This document shows, piece after piece, positions 44,040 to 50,811 of a stretch of DNA of 50,811 nucleotides. The first letter of the stretch is position 1. Each line of letters begins with the position of its first letter. Position numbers and translations under genes: made by a program. The DNA is taken from IMG/VR virus record IMGVR_UViG_3300009124_000025, positions 1-50,811 of that record. One strand, written 5' to 3'. A model generated the notes under the pieces. That model ran no database searches and was not told where the DNA came from. It was given only the letters and a program-made list of their open reading frames with translations. The DNA is from a virus.

Positions 44040-45792
44040 GCAAAAGATTCAGCGCGCGATCGCTGACGGAATCCTCTATCGGCGATTGCGCAACCAAACC
44101 CCGCACACGATCGGGGACTTGAACGACGTCGACCTGGACACCGACGCGCCTGAAGACAACCAGAGTCTGATCTGGAACGGCACGCAGTGGGTCCCCGGGT
44201 CTGGCGCAGGCACCGTGCAGATCGAGGTGCAGAACCCGGGCGCGGACTTGCTGAAGGGGACGCCGGTCTACGTGTCGGGGACACACGGTCCGAGCGGCAA
44301 ACCGCAGGTCGCGCCCGCGCGGGCAAACTCCGCGTCAACGATGCCAGCGATCGGGCTAACGCTGACTGCCATCACGGGCGGGGAGGAAGGCTACGTGGTG
44401 GCCGCGGGTTCGCTGCTCCAATTCGACACGGACACGCCTGCGTGGGATGCAGGCGACGCGCTTTACATCAGCCCGACGTCTGCGGGCTCCATGACGAACA
44501 CGAGGCCGACCGGGGAAACCGAACTCGTGCAGAAGGTCGCGTTGGTGTCGCGCCGCGGTGGCAGCACGCAAGGCAGCGTTATCGTCATGGGTGCAGGCCG
44601 GACGAACGACACGCCGAACGACAGCTACTCGGGACGCTACGACAGCGAGGCGAGCACGCAGCGCACAGCGGGCAGCGTCAGCCCGCTCACATGCGAGGTC
44701 TACTACACTGCGCGTCCTGACGGCGACGGCTACGCGGAGGGCGAGGAGACCGCGACGCCTCCGAGCGGTGCGCGCATCGTGCGGCGGCTCTATTACTCCG
44801 ACAAGTTCAACGCGGACCCGACCGTCAGCGCGGACTGGACTGCCTACACGACGCAGCCAGCAGACGGCACGACCTTCGCCGCTGCGAAGGCTTCGCTACT
44901 CGCGGGCCTCAACGACACGGACGCGACCGCGAACACGCGGGGCACGCTGCCAGTCAGCCTCAAGATGGAATACGAGGCGGTGGTCGATCGCATCCTGAAC
45001 GACTACCCAGGCGCGACAGCAGCCTACGGCGTCCGGCTGCTGGACAAGAACTACTCTGGCCCGTGCATGAGGATCAGGAAGGGCAACACGAGCCCGGCCG
45101 AGACGACCGACATCTACTTCGACACGGACGGCAACTTGGACGAGGACGCCATCGCGAGCCACTGCGGCACGGAGAACGGCGCAGTCGAGATCTGGTATGA
45201 CCAGTCCGGCAACGGCTACCACCAAGTTCAGGAGACCGAGTCGATGCAGCCGTTCATCTTCGACGGCGCGACTGACACGGTGGTGAAGATCAACGGCAAG
45301 CCGTCCATCATCTTCACCGGAGGAGGCCAGCTTCAGAACGTCACGCACAGCAGCGTGACCGTCAACCTGATGCCGACGTTCAACAGCACGAGCCCCACGC
45401 CCGGCTACACGTTCGGCGTCATGGGCACGTCGGGCCTTGGCACCTACACCAACTTCATGATGGGCACGACCACTGGCTCGGTCTACATGGGCTTCTGCAC
45501 TGCCTCAGGTTCCGGCATTACAGAGCAGAACGCGTCGGTGACCTACTGGATCAACCAGAACGAGCAGATCAGCCCGACGCGCAACGGCATGTATACGGCG
45601 ATGGGCAGTCAGGGTGTCGCCACGATGGAGTGGACGAGCACGACGCTCGCCAACATGCGCTGGTATATCAACTACAACTACTTCTTCGTCGCCAGCCTGC
45701 GCGTGCAGGAATACCTGATCTACTACGCCGACAAGTCGTCGGACCAGTCAGGTATCGAGAACGCCATGAACGACTACTACTCGGTCTACTGA
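44029..45792 (+). CDS. Tail fibre / receptor-binding protein candidate (587 aa)
   Basis: N-terminus IGDLNDVDLDTDAPEDNQSLIWNGTQWVP is a common fibre N-terminal motif. C-terminal block AAYGVRLLDKNYSGPCMRIRK...DIYFDTDGNLD...WYDQSGNGYHQVQ...QPFIF is recurrent in phage host-recognition proteins (from memory). Confidence 0.6.
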   Translation: MVSRQKIQRAIADGILYRRLRNQTPHTIGDLNDVDLDTDAPEDNQSLIWNGTQWVPGSGAGTVQIEVQNPGADLLKGTPVYVSGTHGPSGKPQVAPARANSASTMPAIGLTLTAITGGEEGYVVAAGSLLQFDTDTPAWDAGDALYISPTSAGSMTNTRPTGETELVQKVALVSRRGGSTQGSVIVMGAGRTNDTPNDSYSGRYDSEASTQRTAGSVSPLTCEVYYTARPDGDGYAEGEETATPPSGARIVRRLYYSDKFNADPTVSADWTAYTTQPADGTTFAAAKASLLAGLNDTDATANTRGTLPVSLKMEYEAVVDRILNDYPGATAAYGVRLLDKNYSGPCMRIRKGNTSPAETTDIYFDTDGNLDEDAIASHCGTENGAVEIWYDQSGNGYHQVQETESMQPFIFDGATDTVVKINGKPSIIFTGGGQLQNVTHSSVTVNLMPTFNSTSPTPGYTFGVMGTSGLGTYTNFMMGTTTGSVYMGFCTASGSGITEQNASVTYWINQNEQISPTRNGMYTAMGSQGVATMEWTSTTLANMRWYINYNYFFVASLRVQEYLIYYADKSSDQSGIENAMNDYYSVY

Positions 45793-46196
45793 TGGCGCTC
45801 ATCTACCTGCCCGTCGTTCCACGGCTTGGCCTGACGAGTCATGAGCGCGGCCTCGCGATCAGCCGCGAACTGTTCAACCTGGGCACGCCGAAGCATCTGC
45901 ACGCGCCAGATCAGGCGACCACCATGCTGCTGGAGGTGCGGCAGAACGACAGCGACCCAGACCAGTGGGCGCTGATCGGTGACGAGAACCACACGATCCT
46001 GGTGCACCCGGAACGCGACGTGACAGCGCTCGTAGCTCTGTTTCCGCAGCTTTCGGAAGAAGAGCGCAGCCAGTTGACCTACTACATCGCCACCAACAGC
46101 AGCGTCTTGTTTAGCAACCTGCTGCCCTCGGACTCCACACAACTGACCCAGCAGCAGGCCGAGGCTCTTGGCTGGTTCATCAACCAACCCACGTAG
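45792..46196 (+). CDS. Hypothetical protein (134 aa), possibly a fibre accessory/assembly factor by position
   Basis: TGATG overlap with the fibre-like gene. Same frame as track ORF 45630..46196. No motif recognised. Confidence 0.45.
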   Translation: MALIYLPVVPRLGLTSHERGLAISRELFNLGTPKHLHAPDQATTMLLEVRQNDSDPDQWALIGDENHTILVHPERDVTALVALFPQLSEEERSQLTYYIATNSSVLFSNLLPSDSTQLTQQQAEALGWFINQPT

Positions 46197-46198
46197 GC

Positions 46199-46447
46199 AT
46201 GAGCGACGACACAGGCAACGGCTGGAGCGAATACAAGAAGCTGGTGATGACGGAGATCGACCGGCTAGCCCGAGAGATCCGGCACGAGCGCAACAACGGC
46301 AAGCAGGTCCAGCAGGGCATGTGGGACCAGATGCTGCGGATCGAGCGCGAGATCGCGTCGCTCAAGGTCAAGTGTGGGGTCTGGGGCCTGTGCGGTGGCC
46401 TGATCCCTGTCGTTACCGCGCTACTCACCAACAGAATCGGCCTGTGA
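46199..46447 (+). CDS. 82-aa coiled-coil protein with C-terminal TM anchor (lysis/holin-associated candidate)
   Basis: MSDDTGNGWSEYKKLVMTEIDRLAREIRHERNNGKQVQQGMWDQMLRIEREIASLKVKCGVWGLCGGLIPVVTALLTNRIGL has a helical charged N-terminus and a hydrophobic tail. Confidence 0.55.
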   Translation: MSDDTGNGWSEYKKLVMTEIDRLAREIRHERNNGKQVQQGMWDQMLRIEREIASLKVKCGVWGLCGGLIPVVTALLTNRIGL

Positions 46448-46608
46448 CCCAATCAACGTTAATTCTGTCCATCGTGTGCATCGTGGCGGGCACCGTCTTG
46501 GCCGCGTTGCTAGACGACACGCACGTGCCCCTGGTTCTAATCGGGGCCGGGGTTACGGCGTTGTCTGCTTCGACCTACAACATCAACCGGCAAAACAACA
46601 AGAAGTGA
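46444..46608 (+). CDS. 54-aa two-TM small membrane protein (second copy of 147..311)
   Basis: Identical sequence at offset +46,297. Confidence 0.5.
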   Translation: MTQSTLILSIVCIVAGTVLAALLDDTHVPLVLIGAGVTALSASTYNINRQNNKK

Positions 46609-47021
46609 CTGTTCTGCGGCGCGTCCAAAAGCTGCTAGAGCCCGGCGAGTTTGAGCATCTTGCTCAAGTCGCTGAGTGGCTACGCCGACCTTTGCTGGGC
46701 GTTGTCGTTGACGAAGTTCGACGACAACACGGTCGCTACAAAATTGACGGCAAACACCGGGTCAACCGAACGGTTGAGCTACTTCGGCTAGATGACGTAG
46801 ACCCCAAGCCGGGACCGGCAGATCGTTTAATCCAAACCGAAGACGCGGACCGTGTGCTGTCGCAAGTTCGAGCTATGCCGGACGCGCGCCGCGCCGTTGT
46901 TGAACTTCGGATCCAGGGCCTTTCGCAGAAAGAGATCGCGCGGCAACTTGGCTGCACGGTTTGGAACGTTGACTACCACATGACGTTGGCGCGTCGAGAA
47001 TTGGAGAAGACCTATGGCTAA
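46605..47021 (+). CDS. Sigma-70 region-4 / ECF-sigma-like protein (second copy of 308..724)
   Basis: Identical sequence at offset +46,297. Confidence 0.65.
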   Translation: MTVLRRVQKLLEPGEFEHLAQVAEWLRRPLLGVVVDEVRRQHGRYKIDGKHRVNRTVELLRLDDVDPKPGPADRLIQTEDADRVLSQVRAMPDARRAVVELRIQGLSQKEIARQLGCTVWNVDYHMTLARRELEKTYG

Positions 47022-47121
47022 GAAGATGTCAAAAGCAGCGAAGAAGCCGATGCCCATGAAGAAGGCTGCGGGCAAGAAGGCGAAGATGGCGAAGAAGGGC
47101 AAGAAGAAGGGTGGTTACTAA
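47014..47121 (+). CDS. 35-aa lysine-rich microprotein (second copy of 717..824)
   Basis: Identical sequence at offset +46,297. Confidence 0.4.
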   Translation: MAKKMSKAAKKPMPMKKAAGKKAKMAKKGKKKGGY

Positions 47122-47123
47122 GG

Positions 47124-47342
47124 GTGGCCAAGCATTGCTTGCTGTTTCTTGCAGCGTCGGCCTGCGTGCCGCCGCACCCCTACACCGTGGCAGACCGCGC
47201 GACGTTCGACGCGTTGGCCCCGGACTACACCGACTACGTTCGGCGAGACGACCAACTCAACCAAGCTCAACGCGAGTTGAAGCTGTTGACCGTCGAAACT
47301 TGGCGTCTGCGTTTGGAGGCTGCTGAAGAAGCCAACCGATGA
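47124..47342 (+). CDS. Small lipoprotein candidate (second copy of 827..1045)
   Basis: Identical sequence at offset +46,297. Confidence 0.55.
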   Translation: MAKHCLLFLAASACVPPHPYTVADRATFDALAPDYTDYVRRDDQLNQAQRELKLLTVETWRLRLEAAEEANR

Positions 47343-47665
47343 CTGAAAAAATCGCAACGTGCAGACACGGACACGAGTTGTCGGACGACAACGTCTACGC
47401 ATACCTAGACGCCAAAGGTCGGACCTACAGGAAGTGTCGAACGTGCACGTTGCGACGCTTGGGCGAACGGCGGCGGGCTGAAAGCTCGTTGCTTAAAGTC
47501 ATGAAGCAGCCATCACCCAGAACTGCACGCGACGAAGCACTAGAGATGATTCGCGTCAATCGGTTGTCTCACTTGCAAGAACAACTGGAACGCGAAACGC
47601 GTCCTTGGCTTCGTCACGACATCGAATCTCAAATCCTAAAACTTCGACATGGCCGCTCTTCCTGA
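47339..47665 (+). CDS. Zn-ribbon / HNH-derived zinc-finger protein (second copy of 1042..1368)
   Basis: Identical sequence at offset +46,297. Confidence 0.6.
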   Translation: MTEKIATCRHGHELSDDNVYAYLDAKGRTYRKCRTCTLRRLGERRRAESSLLKVMKQPSPRTARDEALEMIRVNRLSHLQEQLERETRPWLRHDIESQILKLRHGRSS

Positions 47666-47915
47666 CCCTCACGTCCTCATCGAACGGCTTAAGGCCGCAG
47701 TCGTAGACCCCCAAAACAAGCTCATTGTGGCGAGTCTGGCCGAGCAATCTGTTCGGATTGCGGGCGTAGCGTTAACTGATCCGGCCGCGGCCGAGCGCGA
47801 AATGCGCTTTGTGCGCGCCGCGACGGCCAACCTGGGCGCGGCAGAAGCAGCCAAGGTGCAGGGCGAAATCGTGGATTGGATCAGCCGGATCATCAGAGTG
47901 GCTATTCTCGGATGA
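47649..47915 (+). CDS. Hypothetical protein (second copy of 1352..1618)
   Basis: Identical sequence at offset +46,297. Confidence 0.5.
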   Translation: MAALPDPHVLIERLKAAVVDPQNKLIVASLAEQSVRIAGVALTDPAAAEREMRFVRAATANLGAAEAAKVQGEIVDWISRIIRVAILG

Positions 47916-48226
47916 TCACGGTCAGCGAGTTGTGGCAGGTCGTTCTTGACACCACCGAAGCGTCTATCGCGCAGAAATACCTGCTTCCTGCGGAGATGTA
48001 TGACGCACACCGGGACACCGTTCTGGCCCTCAACACGGCGCTGGAACCCGCGACTCCGGACGAAATCGACAAGCTTCGGTCGTTGATCGTGTCGAGGGGC
48101 GCACCCAGGGAAGACGCGACCCAGCTAACCGCTCTCCGGCGCGCTGGGTTCTTCGCCTTGAGCCAGATGAACGGACGGCATGGTCTCCAGCCTTTAGACG
48201 TCCCGCCTGCCCGGTCAGACATCTAG
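47912..48226 (+). CDS. Hypothetical protein (second copy of 1615..1929)
   Basis: Identical sequence at offset +46,297. Confidence 0.55.
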   Translation: MITVSELWQVVLDTTEASIAQKYLLPAEMYDAHRDTVLALNTALEPATPDEIDKLRSLIVSRGAPREDATQLTALRRAGFFALSQMNGRHGLQPLDVPPARSDI

Positions 48227-48236
48227 GGGCACATAA
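48224..48236 (+). promoter_or_regulatory. 13-mer TAGGGGCACATAA (second copy of 1927..1939 owing to the wrap-around)
   Basis: Identical sequence at offset +46,297. Confidence 0.4.
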
Positions 48237-48265
48237 GGCTGATTGCGCGGCGTAGGTTTCGCGCA

Positions 48266-48508
48266 ATGGACCGATCTGACGAACCGCCGATTGAGGAGGT
48301 AACCCGGTGGATGCTCATGCAACCACAGGGTCGAGCCTTCCTACGTCATCTGGCGGCTTCGACCGGGTTCACCTCAGAGGTGTTCAACAAGCAAACGTCT
48401 GAGATGGCGTTCGCTGCCGGGAAGCGTTCGGTCTTCGTTGATCTGGTTCCGAGGCTGCGTGACGCAGACCCGGTCCAGTTCGCCAAGTTCATTGGAGAGA
48501 TTCTGTGA
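48266..48508 (+). CDS. Small head-module protein, possibly Bbp19-like (second copy of 1969..2211)
   Basis: Identical sequence at offset +46,297. Confidence 0.5.
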   Translation: MDRSDEPPIEEVTRWMLMQPQGRAFLRHLAASTGFTSEVFNKQTSEMAFAAGKRSVFVDLVPRLRDADPVQFAKFIGEIL

Positions 48509-49185
48509 CCGACACGACCAACGAAGTCACAAATGAGGGCGGGGAAGCCGAAGCCACTCAGGCGACGGCCGAGCCGCAAAACGAGCAACCCACTCAGACC
48601 GCGGAGTCCAGCACGGAGCAGTCGACCAAGTCGACCACGGAGCAGGAGCCGCAAGACGGTGGTGCTGACCAGTCCACGGTTTCGGACACGCAAGTGTCAG
48701 AGGTCAAGTTCGACGTCCCCGAGACGATGAACCTCCCTGACTCTGCGATCGCAGCGTTGACCGAAGCCGCGCAAAGCCAAGGCGTCACAGGCGAGCAAGC
48801 GCAAGCGTTGCTCGATGCGCTGGCCCCAAAGCTGTCCGAAGCTAACGCTTCGGTAGTGGAGGCGACCAAGCAAGAGTGGGCGCAGGCTGTCGCGAACGAC
48901 GCCGAACTCGGGGGCGACAAGCTCAACGAGAACATGGCGATCGCGGACAAGGCCGTCGAGACCTTCGGTGACGAAGGGCTGCGGGAGTTGCTGAACGACG
49001 GAGACCTGCCGCTGGGGAAGGAGCCGAGGCTCTTCCGCATGCTGGTGCGTGTCGGTCGCGCGATCTCGGAGGCGACGATGGTCAACGGTGGGATCACCGC
49101 TGGTTCGTCCAAGCCTATCCAGGGAGACGTTTTCACCGACACAAGTCGGGCGGCTTCCATCATGTATCCAAGCAACAACAACTGA
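48505..49185 (+). CDS. Scaffolding protein candidate (second copy of 2208..2888)
   Basis: Identical sequence at offset +46,297. Confidence 0.65.
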   Translation: MTDTTNEVTNEGGEAEATQATAEPQNEQPTQTAESSTEQSTKSTTEQEPQDGGADQSTVSDTQVSEVKFDVPETMNLPDSAIAALTEAAQSQGVTGEQAQALLDALAPKLSEANASVVEATKQEWAQAVANDAELGGDKLNENMAIADKAVETFGDEGLRELLNDGDLPLGKEPRLFRMLVRVGRAISEATMVNGGITAGSSKPIQGDVFTDTSRAASIMYPSNNN

Positions 49186-49193
49186 TCTGATCC

Positions 49194-50228
49194 ATGGCTG
49201 CTCTCAGCACCAGCAACCTGACTCTCGCCGATTGGGCGAAGATGTTCGACCCGGACGGCAAGCTGGCCGTCGTCACCAACGTTCTGTCTCAGACCAACGA
49301 AATCCTCGAAGACTGCGTCTTCAAGGAAGCGAACGGTAAGACCCACCACCGCGTCACCATCGCGACCGGCCTTCCGGCGGTCTACTGGCGCCAGATCAAC
49401 CAGGGCATCCCGCCGACCAAGGCGTCGACTGCTCAGGTTGACGAAGGCATCGGCATGCTCGAAGCCCGCAGCGAGACGGACTGCGTGCTGGCCAAGCTCA
49501 GCGGCGACGTCAACAAGTTCCGCTTTAGCCAGTCCCGCATGCACCTTGAGTCGATGGGCCAGACTCAGGCGAAGACGATGTTCCGCGGCGATCCCGGCAC
49601 CGAGCCCGCCAGCTACCTTGGCCTGCAAGGGCGCTACAGCGTTCTCTCGGGCGCGGCGAACTCGCAGAACGTGATCAACGGCGGCGGCGCTGCTGGCTCG
49701 GACCAGACGTCGATCTACCTCGTGGGTTGGGGCGACGAGACGGTCTACTGCACCTTCCCGGAAGGTTCGCAGGCTGGCCTCGTGCACCAAGACCTCGGTG
49801 AGCAAACCGTCTACGGCCAGGGCGGCGTCAACGCCAACCGGATGCAGGCTTACGCCGACCTCTACACGTGGCACCACGGCCTCGTCGTTCAGGACTGGCG
49901 CTACGCGGTTCGCATCTGCAACCTGAAGAAGACGGAGCTTGAGGATCTGGACGGGGCGCAAGCCCTCACCACCTACAACAACCTGCTCCACACCATGACG
50001 ACGGCGCTCTACAAGCTGCCGAACATCAACATGGTGCGCCCGGCGTTCTACGTGAACCGTCTGGTCCACAGCGCGCTGTCGCGTCTGGCGATGGAGAAGT
50101 TCGCGTCCGTCCTCAAGTTCGAAGAGGGCATTAACCAGTTCGGCAACACCCGCCGCTACCTGTCGTTCAGCGGCGTCCCGATCCGCCTGTGCGACACCCT
50201 CTACAACAACGAAACCCGCCTCACCTAA
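49194..50228 (+). CDS. Major capsid protein (second copy of 2897..3931)
   Basis: Identical sequence at offset +46,297. Confidence 0.9.
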   Translation: MAALSTSNLTLADWAKMFDPDGKLAVVTNVLSQTNEILEDCVFKEANGKTHHRVTIATGLPAVYWRQINQGIPPTKASTAQVDEGIGMLEARSETDCVLAKLSGDVNKFRFSQSRMHLESMGQTQAKTMFRGDPGTEPASYLGLQGRYSVLSGAANSQNVINGGGAAGSDQTSIYLVGWGDETVYCTFPEGSQAGLVHQDLGEQTVYGQGGVNANRMQAYADLYTWHHGLVVQDWRYAVRICNLKKTELEDLDGAQALTTYNNLLHTMTTALYKLPNINMVRPAFYVNRLVHSALSRLAMEKFASVLKFEEGINQFGNTRRYLSFSGVPIRLCDTLYNNETRLT

Positions 50229-50243
50229 TAGGGGGACCGACAC

Positions 50244-50774
50244 ATGATTGCTGACAAGAACCTGGAGCTTGCCACTGCGTGGGCTCCGCGGCCCCCGGTG
50301 GGCTCGACGTTTACGCTGGCCACCACGGTGGACCTGAACGGGGTCGCGCTGTCTCGGATGACTGATCCGACTGACGGCGACGCGACGATCAACGAGAACG
50401 AAAACCTTGCGCGAGACATTTCGCAGGGTGAACCCTTGTTCATCGTGTTCACCGTCAACGCGGTGGGCGGCGCGTCGACTAACTGCGAACTTCGGGTCGC
50501 GGTTTCCGACAACGACGACGGGTCGTCGGGCACCACGATTTGCCGGACCCCCGACTTCAACCCGCAGAGCGGCATTGCTGTTGGAGATCAAATTGCTCTC
50601 CAAGTCAGCAACCCGCTCAAGCTGGCGAAGCAGCGTTACCTCACGGTTCAGATCAAGAACAACGCGGGAGGCACGATGACGAACATCGACCTGCAAGTTC
50701 ATCTGGTCCACGGCGACCCGACCGGCCCGCAGGTCTACTACCCGACCGCGTTCATCTCGCCGGACGGCTTCTAG
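50244..50774 (+). CDS. Decoration/cement-like protein (second copy of 3947..4477)
   Basis: Identical sequence at offset +46,297. Confidence 0.55.
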   Translation: MIADKNLELATAWAPRPPVGSTFTLATTVDLNGVALSRMTDPTDGDATINENENLARDISQGEPLFIVFTVNAVGGASTNCELRVAVSDNDDGSSGTTICRTPDFNPQSGIAVGDQIALQVSNPLKLAKQRYLTVQIKNNAGGTMTNIDLQVHLVHGDPTGPQVYYPTAFISPDGF

Positions 50775-50785
50775 GAGGCATCGTT

Positions 50786-50811
50786 ATGATCCTCGACAAC
50801 GCAGGACTGTT
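50786..50811 (+). CDS. First 26 nt of the second decoration-like paralog (truncated by the window end; full copy at 4489..5091)
   Basis: ATG at 50786 after AGGAGG. Identical to 4489-4514. Confidence 0.5.

Larger units (their letters stand above)
46298..50811. repeat. Right copy of the exact 4,514-bp duplication (same sequence as 1..4514)
   Basis: See 1..4514. Constant offset 46,297. Confidence 0.9.

Noticed and set aside
44029-45792. A diversity-generating retroelement, considered because the head module looks BPP-1-like
   Set aside because: No reverse-transcriptase ORF (no YxDD-type motif in any plausible frame) is present. I also saw no template/variable repeat pair matching the 3' end of the fibre-like gene.

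Overview
The window holds slightly more than one unit length of a GC-rich tailed-phage genome with T7-like (podovirus-type) morphogenesis gene order. Bases 1-4514 recur exactly at 46298-50811 (constant offset 46,297). The unique content is therefore one complete 46,297-bp circular or terminally redundant genome, and 13 genes appear twice. Two transcription blocks meet at a palindromic hairpin at 27313-27335. They diverge at 36370-36514.

(1) Plus-strand block, 36515 -> wrap -> 27325. In order: prim-pol/helicase, PD-(D/E)XK resolvase-like nuclease, HTH protein, TerS, a signal-peptide protein, TerL, GNAT, portal, fibre-like protein and small membrane proteins. Then a sigma70-region-4 protein, a 35-aa Lys-rich microprotein, a lipoprotein and a Zn-ribbon protein. 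Then scaffold, HK97-type major capsid protein, two paralogous decoration-like proteins, a gp11-like adaptor fused to esterase-like motifs, and a gp12-like nozzle. Last come three internal/ejection proteins of 217, 826 and 4,261 aa.

(2) Minus-strand block, 36369 -> 27322. In order: SNF2 helicase, microproteins, unknowns, DUF932-like protein, papain-like Cys peptidase, Cas4-like DUF2800 nuclease, gp2.5/DUF2815-like SSB, family-A DNA polymerase, XRE HTH protein and a Cys-rich protein.

I found no tRNA, CRISPR array, integrase, reverse transcriptase, phage RNA polymerase or recognisable endolysin.

The most unusual item is the 4,261-aa ORF, which takes 27.6% of the genome. It looks like a polyvalent ejected effector with two divergent ADP-ribosyltransferase-like modules, a HEXXH zincin motif and membrane-helix termini. 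Its central part is much lower in GC than its ends. Other leads are repeat-rich intergenic elements, a conserved 13-mer at two stop codons, an accessory gene island inside the replication module, and several translationally coupled microproteins. All functional calls rest on motif recognition by eye and on gene order. None has been checked against a database.
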